Shown one piece after another: positions 8,521 to 16,128 of a DNA stretch of 28,766 bases. Each line of letters opens with the position of its first letter. Position 1 is the first letter of the stretch. The stretch comes from a virus (lineage: Duplodnaviria; Caudoviricetes). Location of the stretch: positions 1 to 28,766 of the IMG/VR virus record IMGVR_UViG_3300020045_002345, one strand, 5' to 3'. A program made the translations under genes and the position numbers. The notes beneath the pieces are model-generated. The model was not told where the DNA came from. It saw only the letters and a list, made by a program, of their open reading frames with translations, and made no database searches.

Positions 8521-9534
8521 ATGAAAGGCAATCAAAATGCAACCACCTACAAAAAGGAAATTGTAATTTCTTATTTGGAGAAATATCCAAAAGCTACTAC
8601 TATGGCACTTGCACGAATAATGCAAAAAGAAAATCCAATTGACTATGATTCAGTCAGTACTGCAAGGTCAGCAATAAGGTACTACAGAGGTGAACTAAGT
8701 AAAAAACATACTACGCCATCTTTAACATCGGTTAGAAGTAAAGAACAAAAGAAAGAAGCAGTTTCTCGTAAACTACCTGAAAGCGATTATCAAAAATGTG
8801 AGCCTTTCATTATTCCTAAAGGTCAAAACAACATACTTATTTTATCGGATATTCATTTTCCATATCAAGACAATAAGGCTTTAGAATTAGCTATTAATTA
8901 CGGAATTGAAAATAAAGTAAATGCAATTTATCTAAATGGCGATACTTTAGATTTTTACCAATGTAGTAGATTTACAAAAGATAGACGTTTGCGTGATATG
9001 GCTGGCGAGTTACAAATGGGTAGAGAGTTTTTAAAGTTACTACAAGATACTTTTAAATGTCCTATTTATTTCAAGATAGGTAATCATGAAAAGAGATATG
9101 AAGATTATTTAATGATTAAAGCACCTGAGCTATTAGGTATTGATGACTTTAAATTAGAACAATTGCTACGCTTTAGAGAATTTGGCGTAACTTTGGTAAA
9201 AGATAAACAAATGGCTTTAGCTGGTAAATTACCAATCTTGCACGGTCACGAATGGTATGGTGGATTTGCTCCACCCGTTAACCCAGCAAGAGGTTTATTT
9301 TTAAAAGCAAAAGAAAGTGCAATAGTTGGCCACCACCATCGTACCTCAGAACACACAGAAAAAACTTTAGGGGGTGACGTCACAACAACGTGGTCAACTG
9401 GTTGCCTTTGCGGATTAGAGCCTGAGTACGCACCTTACAATAACTACAATCACGGATTTGCTCACGTTGTAGTTAGTAAAGATGGAAACTACCAATTAAA
9501 GAATATGCGTATTATTAATTATAAAATAGTTTAG
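8521..9534 (+). CDS. Calcineurin-like metallophosphoesterase with N-terminal HTH-like region
   Basis: SDIH, NGDTLD, GNHE, HGH, GHHH metal-binding motifs in order. Confidence 0.88.
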   Translation: MKGNQNATTYKKEIVISYLEKYPKATTMALARIMQKENPIDYDSVSTARSAIRYYRGELSKKHTTPSLTSVRSKEQKKEAVSRKLPESDYQKCEPFIIPKGQNNILILSDIHFPYQDNKALELAINYGIENKVNAIYLNGDTLDFYQCSRFTKDRRLRDMAGELQMGREFLKLLQDTFKCPIYFKIGNHEKRYEDYLMIKAPELLGIDDFKLEQLLRFREFGVTLVKDKQMALAGKLPILHGHEWYGGFAPPVNPARGLFLKAKESAIVGHHHRTSEHTEKTLGGDVTTTWSTGCLCGLEPEYAPYNNYNHGFAHVVVSKDGNYQLKNMRIINYKIV

Positions 9535-9536
9535 TT

Positions 9537-9893
9537 ATGACAAAACAAGAACAAGAAAAACACTTCAACGAAGTTACAGAAAAAATGCGAGAAATAATGT
9601 TGTCTAAAGGCGACGACTACGCAAACACAGACAGGCTTTCTAATTTTAAATTAGCTGGAAATGTTAGCGGATTAAATGCCAAACTAAATTGTTTATCTTT
9701 GATAGCTACAAAAGTTGCAAGATTAGGAGTTTTACTAAATTCAAACAAAAAACCAAATAATGAAAGCATACAAGATAGTCTTTTAGATTTGGCAAACTAT
9801 TCATTACTTTTAAGTATGCTTTTAGAAGAAGAAAAACAAACTAAAGTATGTTGCGGTAAATGGGATGAATTAGGGAAATGTACTTGCAAATAA
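9537..9893 (+). CDS. Nucleotide-modification-associated domain (Nmad1/DUF1599-like, all-alpha NTP-PPase-like)
   Basis: KGDDYA...NF...K.ARL...ESIQDSLLDLANY pattern. Confidence 0.65.
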   Translation: MTKQEQEKHFNEVTEKMREIMLSKGDDYANTDRLSNFKLAGNVSGLNAKLNCLSLIATKVARLGVLLNSNKKPNNESIQDSLLDLANYSLLLSMLLEEEKQTKVCCGKWDELGKCTCK

Positions 9894-9894
9894 T

Positions 9895-10134
9895 ATGAAA
9901 CTATTTACAACTGGATTTATACAAGTATTTTTTGTAGCAATTAATACTTATTTTTTAAGCAAAGAGTTTTATATAGGCGTTTTCATTTGCGGTTTTATTA
10001 TTTCATTAATTTGGAGCTGGAATGTTAAAAGAGTAGCATTTGGAACTTTTAGAGATAGATTATATTATGCACTCGGTGCTGGATGTGGAAGTTTATTTGG
10101 TTTAATAATATCAACTTTATTTTTTAAGTTTTAG
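9895..10134 (+). CDS. Small membrane protein
   Basis: Three hydrophobic segments, GAGCGSLFG small-residue motif. Confidence 0.7.
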   Translation: MKLFTTGFIQVFFVAINTYFLSKEFYIGVFICGFIISLIWSWNVKRVAFGTFRDRLYYALGAGCGSLFGLIISTLFFKF

Positions 10135-10135
10135 C

Positions 10136-10178
10136 CTAAAAACGCTATAAACTACATTTATACACTAAAAACGCTATA
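10136..10178 (+). repeat. 14-bp direct repeat ctaaaaacgctata x2
   Basis: 10136-10149 and 10165-10178. Confidence 0.8.
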
Positions 10179-10180
10179 TT

Positions 10181-10303
10181 ATGCAAACACCCTACCAAAG
10201 AATAAAAAAAGTTATGAACTGGAATTATAATAGAGGTATAAATTCGGAAAGGTGCAACGAATTATACAGAAAAATAATAGCACCGAAATTTAAAAATAAA
10301 TAA
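10181..10303 (+). CDS. 40-aa hypothetical protein (not in ORF track)
   Basis: MQTPYQRIKKVMNWNYNRGINSERCNELYRKIIAPKFKNK fills the gap. Confidence 0.55.
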   Translation: MQTPYQRIKKVMNWNYNRGINSERCNELYRKIIAPKFKNK

Positions 10304-10324
10304 ATCAATTTAAACCTAAAAGTT

Positions 10325-10624
10325 ATGAAAGTAAATAATAATATTATGGAAGTAGAGACAATAGTTTCAGAAATAACAAATGAATTTACCTTAAAGCAAA
10401 ATGAATTAGTTGAGAAACTAATAAAAGAAAGATTAACTATTTTAAATGTTAAATATGATAATTTTTTAGATTTTGTAAAAGAAAATTTAACTCGTTCGTG
10501 TACACCTACAGAAACAACAATATTTTATAAAGATAGTCCGTTATTAACATATTGGTTTGAAACGGGAATGCCTAATTTTAAAACAGAACCTATTACAATA
10601 ACAGCTAATTTTTATTACAAATGA
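10325..10624 (+). CDS. Hypothetical protein
   Basis: 99-aa ORF, ATGA overlap with next gene. Confidence 0.65.
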   Translation: MKVNNNIMEVETIVSEITNEFTLKQNELVEKLIKERLTILNVKYDNFLDFVKENLTRSCTPTETTIFYKDSPLLTYWFETGMPNFKTEPITITANFYYK

Positions 10625-11166
10625 AAAAATCACTAATTATATGGTACTTTTTTTTATTACTTCTTTTATTTATGACTTCTTGCGGTTCACGTAAAACAAA
10701 CGTTGAAAAAGTAAAAGAAGAAGTTAAAATAGAAACGAGCGAGGTTGTTACTGAAAAGGAAACGACAGAAACGAAAACTGATGTTAATATTAAAGTTGAT
10801 ACCGAAACAAAAGTTGATACCGAAAAGAATGTAGTTACAGAAACGAAAACTATAAAGCCAATTGATGCTACCAAAAAAAGTAACTATAAAGGTATTGAGT
10901 TTGAAAACGCAGAAATAAACGAAACTAAAACAACCGATTTAAGCAAAGAAAAATTTGTGTCTATATCAAAGTATCAATTATTACAAAAACAACTTAAAGA
11001 AGCTTTAAAAATAGCCGAGAAAGTAAATAAACAAAATATTGAGTTAATAAATGAAAGAAAAAACAAGCAAACAGAGAAAACTTATAGCTATTGGAATTTA
11101 CTTTGGTTTTTACTAATTATACCAATTTATTATTTTTATAGAAAATATTTGGTAGGTAGGTTTTAA
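10621..11166 (+). CDS. Putative unimolecular spanin (lipoprotein with C-terminal TM)
   Basis: Lipobox FMTSC, Thr/Lys/Glu beta-rich linker, C-terminal YWNLLWFLLIIPIYYFY followed by RK. Confidence 0.7.
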   Translation: MKKSLIIWYFFLLLLLFMTSCGSRKTNVEKVKEEVKIETSEVVTEKETTETKTDVNIKVDTETKVDTEKNVVTETKTIKPIDATKKSNYKGIEFENAEINETKTTDLSKEKFVSISKYQLLQKQLKEALKIAEKVNKQNIELINERKNKQTEKTYSYWNLLWFLLIIPIYYFYRKYLVGRF

Positions 11167-11179
11167 TTTTGTAAGTTTG
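11148..11179 (+). promoter_or_regulatory. Consensus Bacteroidota promoter with no downstream CDS before terminator
   Basis: TTTG 11148-11151, 20-nt spacer, TAAGTTTG 11172-11179. Confidence 0.7.
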
Positions 11180-11182
11180 GTT

Positions 11183-11239
11183 TTTCATAATTTATTGGTT
11201 TGGTTAAGTTAAGCGGTGCAGAAATGTATCGCTTTTTTT
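11183..11239 (+). ncRNA. Candidate ~55-nt small RNA
   Basis: Bracketed by consensus promoter and GAAA-loop terminator; no + strand ORF; 5' part complementary to aaattATGaaa. Confidence 0.5.
11211..11239 (+). terminator. Intrinsic terminator
   Basis: aagcggtgca-gaaa-tgtatcgctt (G-U pairs valid on + strand) plus T run. Confidence 0.85.
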
Positions 11240-11250
11240 ATTTGTGTGTT

Positions 11251-11269
11251 ATTTAGATTAAGTATAAAT
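11251..11269. promoter_or_regulatory. Fur-box-like 19-bp imperfect palindrome
   Basis: atttagattaagtataaat. Confidence 0.45.
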
Positions 11270-11279
11270 TAATATGTAC

Positions 11280-11312
11280 TTGTTAATCGTTAACAAAGAA
11301 TTACTATATTTG
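11280..11312 (+). promoter_or_regulatory. Early promoter with overlapping palindromic operator
   Basis: TTG 11280-11282, TATATTTG 11305-11312; ttgttaa-tcg-ttaacaa 11280-11296. Confidence 0.7.
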
Positions 11313-11340
11313 CTTATTATTAATCAATAAATATAAAATT

Positions 11341-11601
11341 ATGGACGCAGTAACAATTATTATTATCGGTTTATTATTGTTGAATTTTTTACTTATGCTT
11401 TTTAAAAAACCAATTGAGCCAGTAAAATTTGAATTAAAAAATGAACTTTTAAAAGAACAAAAAAACTATTGTGAGTTTGAAAATGTTAAAACACTTTCTT
11501 TTTGGGTTTTAAGAGAACAATTAAGAATGGAAAATTTAAACAGAGATTTTGAAGTATCTTACAATAAAGATAATGGTGAATTAAAAATACAAACAAAATG
11601 A
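11341..11601 (+). CDS. Hypothetical protein with N-terminal TM
   Basis: First gene after promoter; hydrophobic N-terminus. Confidence 0.7.
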   Translation: MDAVTIIIIGLLLLNFLLMLFKKPIEPVKFELKNELLKEQKNYCEFENVKTLSFWVLREQLRMENLNRDFEVSYNKDNGELKIQTK

Positions 11602-11807
11602 ATAACGAAATAAATATATTTGAAAATTTTACTGATTTAATAGATATTAATAACCCAATGTTTGAAGATGTAGGGATTGTACACGATTGGAGAAACTACG
11701 TGCCTTATGATTGGCAAACAAATTGGTTTAAATTTACTGAACGTGAAAGGCAAATAATTGCAGTAATGGCAGAAACGCAAGCCGATAAAGAAGATTGGAG
11801 CTATTAA
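11598..11807 (+). CDS. Hypothetical protein
   Basis: VHDWRNYVP motif; ATGA coupling. Confidence 0.7.
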   Translation: MNNEINIFENFTDLIDINNPMFEDVGIVHDWRNYVPYDWQTNWFKFTERERQIIAVMAETQADKEDWSY

Positions 11808-11823
11808 TTAAAAAAAATAAATT

Positions 11824-12012
11824 ATGGATGCAGATATTAAAGGTTGTTTAAACCAATTAGATAGAAGTTATAAGGCATTTGAGCATAATGGCAAAAGAAT
11901 GACTAAAATACAAGTTAAAACGATTTTAGAATATGGAATTTCTAAAGGTTATGTTTCGGTTTCACAAATACCAGATGTAGAAATAGATAGAATTATTAAT
12001 CAATTAAATTAA
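11824..12012 (+). CDS. Hypothetical protein
   Basis: 62-aa ORF with aaattATG context. Confidence 0.65.
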   Translation: MDADIKGCLNQLDRSYKAFEHNGKRMTKIQVKTILEYGISKGYVSVSQIPDVEIDRIINQLN

Positions 12013-12015
12013 ACT

Positions 12016-12165
12016 ATGCCACCAAAAAAAGATAAATCAATAAAGATTAAAGTTTGTATTTTAAACGCAAGCGAAAAATCCCAAAACTACTCCATCCGCT
12101 TAAAAGATGGAGTTTCAATAACAGAGGGTTTAAAAGAAATAATTAACCAAATAGAGAAGAGATGA
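12016..12165 (+). CDS. 49-aa hypothetical protein (not in ORF track)
   Basis: MPPKKDKSIKIKVCILNASEKSQNYSIRLKDGVSITEGLKEIINQIEKR; ATGA overlap with 12162. Confidence 0.6.
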   Translation: MPPKKDKSIKIKVCILNASEKSQNYSIRLKDGVSITEGLKEIINQIEKR

Positions 12166-12374
12166 AAACAAGTGAAAAATTTATAATAATAACGTATTTA
12201 ATTTATATAATAACTTGGGAGTTATTTATATTTAGTTTATTTGGGTACGTAGTATTTATTTTAGGTGAAAATCCTTTATGGATGGCATTATGTGTATTTA
12301 TGTCAACGTGTGCATATCCACCAGAAAAATGGAATAAATTAATAAATAGAATTAACCAAATAGATAAAAAATAG
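12162..12374 (+). CDS. Small membrane protein
   Basis: Two hydrophobic segments. Confidence 0.65.
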   Translation: MKTSEKFIIITYLIYIITWELFIFSLFGYVVFILGENPLWMALCVFMSTCAYPPEKWNKLINRINQIDKK

Positions 12375-12378
12375 AATT

Positions 12379-12735
12379 ATGAGCAAATTTAAAGAGGAAT
12401 TAAGAGAAAAATTAGTTGATTATGAAACAATAATTCATGGAACTAATGAGCAAACAGCTTATATAATGGTAGATAGTTTTTTAGCAGTTAAGAACTTTGC
12501 TAATACTATTTTAGAAGTTGATAATGTTGAAGAAAATAAAAAAATAATTTCAGATGCATTTAAGCCGAATTGCGAGTTATCGGAGTTGTTGGAACAGAGA
12601 AATGAAATGTTGGCTATGTTGGAGAATGTAGTTAATCTATTCAAAAGAGGCGAATTCGATACAGACGAAAATATTGGAGGTAGACAATTAATTAAAGCAG
12701 AACAACTAATCAAAAAAGTAAAAGACAATGAGTAA
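12379..12735 (+). CDS. Hypothetical protein
   Basis: 118 aa, tightly packed operon. Confidence 0.7.
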   Translation: MSKFKEELREKLVDYETIIHGTNEQTAYIMVDSFLAVKNFANTILEVDNVEENKKIISDAFKPNCELSELLEQRNEMLAMLENVVNLFKRGEFDTDENIGGRQLIKAEQLIKKVKDNE

Positions 12736-12949
12736 GTTAAGAGAGAAGTTTGAGAATGAAATTGACGGATTAAATGGAAGTCAATATATCGATGAGTCAA
12801 AATTAATAAATGAATGCGAACAAATAACAGATGATTTTTCGGTGAAGTTTGCTGAGTTTTTATATGAGCAAAGATTTAATTCAAACGATATTTTTTGGAA
12901 ACCAACAACTGAACTGTTACAAATATTTAAAGATAAATATTATGAGTAA
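12728..12949 (+). CDS. Hypothetical protein
   Basis: 73 aa, 8-nt overlaps on both sides. Confidence 0.7.
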   Translation: MSKLREKFENEIDGLNGSQYIDESKLINECEQITDDFSVKFAEFLYEQRFNSNDIFWKPTTELLQIFKDKYYE

Positions 12950-13202
12950 AGAACTTACACCGATGCAGGAGCTACATTGGTTTGTATCAGATGGACTTGA
13001 TAATTACGATGAGTCAATTAAAGTTTCTGAAATATGGGCTAAAATAAAAGAACTCCTACCAAAAGAAAAACAAGTTATTGAGGAAAAAATAGATTCAGCA
13101 ATTGAGGAAATAGAAAAAATAGCTTATAAAAATGATTCGGGAGATTTAATGGTTTCAATGAATGCTGTTAGAGCAGGATTTGATAAAGTCTTACAACACT
13201 AA
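12942..13202 (+). CDS. Hypothetical protein
   Basis: ORF track 12849..13202; ATG 12942 (MSKELTPMQ) preferred to avoid a 100-nt overlap. Confidence 0.65.
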   Translation: MSKELTPMQELHWFVSDGLDNYDESIKVSEIWAKIKELLPKEKQVIEEKIDSAIEEIEKIAYKNDSGDLMVSMNAVRAGFDKVLQH

Positions 13203-13213
13203 ATACAAAAATT

Positions 13214-13699
13214 ATGAAATTTAACAAATCAATGGTGGACTTTGTTTTGGATAAACAAAGATTCTCTGAAACGGATGCAATAGCAGTTTTTAATATTACC
13301 AATTACGCCAACTTCCTATCTCAAAAACTTGAACTGTTTATGTTTGTTCCAGCAGTTTTTAAAGATGGTAAGTGGGTGGTTTTGGAAGAGCCTATTAATC
13401 AGAAATGTGGTAATTGTACAAGTCAAATAGGTTATGATTGCTGTAATGAAATTGAATACCAAACCGCACTCTCTAAAGTGATATTTGAGGGTTTTGAGTT
13501 GAAAAAAAATAAAGATGAAAGTTATACTTTATACGAAAATGAAAATTTAAAAGTGTTTTTAATTGATTCATCATTATACTTTTTTTATAAATTTAAAAGT
13601 GATTGGTTGGAAGTAAGCGGAATAAATACAATTGAAAGTATTTTATATTTCAACCTCGACATCAAAGAAAGCGTTGCAAAAGAATTAGGGTTAATTTAA
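13214..13699 (+). CDS. Hypothetical protein with Cys-rich segment
   Basis: 161 aa; CGNC...CC. Confidence 0.7.
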   Translation: MKFNKSMVDFVLDKQRFSETDAIAVFNITNYANFLSQKLELFMFVPAVFKDGKWVVLEEPINQKCGNCTSQIGYDCCNEIEYQTALSKVIFEGFELKKNKDESYTLYENENLKVFLIDSSLYFFYKFKSDWLEVSGINTIESILYFNLDIKESVAKELGLI

Positions 13700-13711
13700 A
13701 ATAATAGAGAA

Positions 13712-13906
13712 ATGAAAATAATTATAATTGAAGATGCAGTTTATAATGCTACCGAAAAAGTATATAAACTAATTAAAGAAAAAGAAGAGCAGATATTAAA
13801 TAAAGAATATTATAGTTCTCAACAATCGGAGTTTTCAGATTTCATACAAACAATAATTCCTAAGATTAAATTTATGGGATATGTTGATTTTGATTTCAGA
13901 TTATAA
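13712..13906 (+). CDS. Hypothetical protein
   Basis: 64-aa ORF. Confidence 0.65.
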   Translation: MKIIIIEDAVYNATEKVYKLIKEKEEQILNKEYYSSQQSEFSDFIQTIIPKIKFMGYVDFDFRL

Positions 13907-13945
13907 CCCACCAATAACTAATTATTAACTAAAAATTAAAGGAAG

Positions 13946-14242
13946 ATGAAAGCAAGTGAGTTTGCAAAAGAACATTATCAACTTGAACAAAATAATATAG
14001 AAGTTGTTTCAATTCAATCGGCTATAAACTTTGCCGAAAAGTATCAAGTAATTAGAAATAAAGAATTAATAAATACTGCTTATAATTTAAGTATTGAAAA
14101 GTTAGAACTTATTGAAATGTTAAAACAATCAATTGAGGAAATTAATCATTTAAAGTTTGAATATAAAGACAAGGGTCATTGTGGTAAATTTTTACAAAAT
14201 GCAGATTTATTAATAACAAATTTAACTTTTAAAATAAAATGA
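13946..14242 (+). CDS. Hypothetical protein
   Basis: 98 aa, ATGA coupling to next. Confidence 0.65.
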   Translation: MKASEFAKEHYQLEQNNIEVVSIQSAINFAEKYQVIRNKELINTAYNLSIEKLELIEMLKQSIEEINHLKFEYKDKGHCGKFLQNADLLITNLTFKIK

Positions 14243-14712
14243 AAAAACTACTACTCGCATTATTGCTAACTAATTTAGCAAGTGCGCAAAAATTTGGAAG
14301 TACGGAATATACATCCGCTTCAATTACTTTTGATCCAAACGGAACTTACCAAGAAAAATCTTTAAACGCAACCTTTGAATTTCAATATACTTGCCATTGG
14401 TTGTACATTAAACCCAGTGTTCAAGTATTACCATCGATAAATTATATTGATACCGCATTAGGCTTAGGAATTATTTTAGATAAAGGATATTACCAAGATT
14501 GGATTTATTACGCTGGTATTCGTTTAGGATACATTCACAGAGGCTCAACCTATCCATTATTCGGTTGGGAATGTGGATTTGATAGGAAACTTACTAATAA
14601 CTTATACATTGGTTTACGTGCTACTTACGATTGGCGAGAAGATTTTGAGTTTTCGGGTGCAGACGCGGAGTATCAATTTAACGGCGGAATAAAGGCAACT
14701 TGGAAGTTTTAA
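14239..14712 (+). CDS. Small outer-membrane beta-barrel protein
   Basis: Signal peptide MKKLLLALLLTNLASA|Q, alternating aromatic/Gly strands, C-terminal beta-signal GGIKATWKF. Confidence 0.75.
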   Translation: MKKLLLALLLTNLASAQKFGSTEYTSASITFDPNGTYQEKSLNATFEFQYTCHWLYIKPSVQVLPSINYIDTALGLGIILDKGYYQDWIYYAGIRLGYIHRGSTYPLFGWECGFDRKLTNNLYIGLRATYDWREDFEFSGADAEYQFNGGIKATWKF

Positions 14713-14733
14713 CCCTCTTAATTGAGGGTTTTT
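14711..14733 (+). terminator. Intrinsic terminator
   Basis: aaccctc-ttaatt-gagggtt plus T run. Confidence 0.8.
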
Positions 14734-14752
14734 ATTTATAATCAATATAAAT
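14734..14752. promoter_or_regulatory. Fur-box-like 19-bp imperfect palindrome
   Basis: (tt)atttataatcaatataaat(aa). Confidence 0.5.
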
Positions 14753-14763
14753 AACATATAATA

Positions 14764-14794
14764 TTTGGTATATTTAAAATATGTAGTATATTTG
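14764..14794 (+). promoter_or_regulatory. Consensus Bacteroidota promoter
   Basis: TTTG 14764-14767, 19-nt spacer, TATATTTG 14787-14794. Confidence 0.8.
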
Positions 14795-14821
14795 TATAAC
14801 AATTAAAAACAAATAGAAATT

Positions 14822-15196
14822 ATGAGAAATTTATTAGAAGAAACTCTTAAAGTATTAGAGGTAAATAACAAAAAAGAAACTGATGTAAAATGGGTAAGAA
14901 CTTTAACTCATAAAACAACTTGGAAAGATTTCAAGAAAAATGCTGATGTTGATTATAATAGTGGGTATGGTTCGTCTAAAGTTGCGCAAGATTTATTGAT
15001 AGTTGGAGAAAATTGGTGGCTTGAAAGAGGCGAATATGATGGTTCAGAATGGTGGGACTATAAAGAAATTCCAAAAGAACCAATTGAAACTATTGAATTA
15101 AAAGCATTGACCGTTAATCAAGCAGATGATTTAGGCTATGATGTTTCTTGCGGTTGGGAAAATTTAAAAAATATTAATGGTTTGGAATCTGAATAA
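14822..15196 (+). CDS. Conserved phage hypothetical protein
   Basis: YNSGYGS...WWLERGEYDGSEWW motif. Confidence 0.75.
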   Translation: MRNLLEETLKVLEVNNKKETDVKWVRTLTHKTTWKDFKKNADVDYNSGYGSSKVAQDLLIVGENWWLERGEYDGSEWWDYKEIPKEPIETIELKALTVNQADDLGYDVSCGWENLKNINGLESE

Positions 15197-15207
15197 ACAT
15201 AAAAATT

Positions 15208-15414
15208 ATGAGAGCAAAGCAAATACACTTAGAAGAATTAGTTATTGAGATTTTAACTATTCAAGCGGTAAAAGAAAAAACTACTTTTAAAGAATATGTT
15301 CAATCTATTTTAACAGAAAAAGCACAATCAATTAATATCAACCAATTGCAAACACAAGCACTCGACAAATGTGTTGCAGAAAATTTAAAGAAAGATGGGA
15401 AAGACAATATTTAA
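15208..15414 (+). CDS. Putative ribbon-helix-helix DNA-binding protein
   Basis: N-terminal RAKQIHL strand then two short helices. Confidence 0.5.
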   Translation: MRAKQIHLEELVIEILTIQAVKEKTTFKEYVQSILTEKAQSININQLQTQALDKCVAENLKKDGKDNI

Positions 15415-15658
15415 CGTTTACGTGGTTATGGAATCACAAGAACAATGCAACAGAATGAAACAAGTTTGTGTTGATAATGGGTTACCTATTTGGAAAGATG
15501 AAATAGACCCTGATTTAGCATTTGCACTATTTGATTTAAGTAAAAATTTTAAATGGAATGGTATTGAGTTTTTAGTTGGTTATTCTACAGAAAATTTAAA
15601 CCAAGTAACCGAACAAGAATTTTTACAACTTTTAAAAGAATATAAAGATGGGCAGTAG
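15395..15658 (+). CDS. Hypothetical protein
   Basis: 87 aa, overlapping neighbours. Confidence 0.7.
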   Translation: MGKTIFNVYVVMESQEQCNRMKQVCVDNGLPIWKDEIDPDLAFALFDLSKNFKWNGIEFLVGYSTENLNQVTEQEFLQLLKEYKDGQ

Positions 15659-15920
15659 AGACGATTTAGAGTTCTTAAATCCACACGAACAAGAACCAAT
15701 AGAACAAGACGAACCAACAACTTTAGATGAGTGTATGCAATACGCTAAAGATAATGACGATTTTGAGCCATTAGAAAGCGTAATTTATACGACTGAAAAG
15801 AATAAATTAGAAGCGATTGAAGTTATAAAATTTATGCGAGAAACGGCAAAAGCGTCAGGACGTGGAGATTTTTATATTAAACAATGTAATAAAGCATTAA
15901 CAATTTTAAATAGAAAGTAA
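15648..15920 (+). CDS. Hypothetical protein
   Basis: 90 aa, acidic N-half. Confidence 0.7.
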   Translation: MGSRDDLEFLNPHEQEPIEQDEPTTLDECMQYAKDNDDFEPLESVIYTTEKNKLEAIEVIKFMRETAKASGRGDFYIKQCNKALTILNRK

Positions 15921-15921
15921 G

Positions 15922-16128
15922 ATGGAATTTAAAACAAGACAAGCAGTTTGGGGAATTGAAATACAAGTAGATGAAGTAACTACTGACATTTATAAAAACG
16001 GGGATTCAAGTAATGAATTTTTACAAAATTTATTAGAAACGGCAGAGCAAATATGTATTATGAGAAATGAAACATTATTTGAATATTTAGAAAATCATTA
16101 TAAAATTAAAATAACTGAGAAACTATGA
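15922..16128 (+). CDS. Hypothetical protein
   Basis: 68 aa. Confidence 0.65.
   Translation: MEFKTRQAVWGIEIQVDEVTTDIYKNGDSSNEFLQNLLETAEQICIMRNETLFEYLENHYKIKITEKL

Noticed and set aside
10741-10850. aaagttgataccgaaa repeats in spanin gene as CRISPR or DGR repeats
   Set aside because: In-frame low-complexity coding repeats (KVDTE); no spacers, no reverse transcriptase
11135-11188. 17-aa minus-strand ORF MKNQTYKIKTYLPKYFL with good start context
   Set aside because: No minus-strand promoter seen upstream, while the + strand has a full promoter and a terminator whose G-U pairs work on +; kept only as the alternative to the sRNA reading
12089-12113. Inverted repeat actccatc/gatggagt
   Set aside because: Inside a probable CDS, 9-nt loop, only a short T run; insufficient for a terminator call
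14732-14754. dif/Xer or attP site
   Set aside because: Lacks 11-6-11 dif layout, recurs before promoters, and no integrase is seen; better explained as a regulator box
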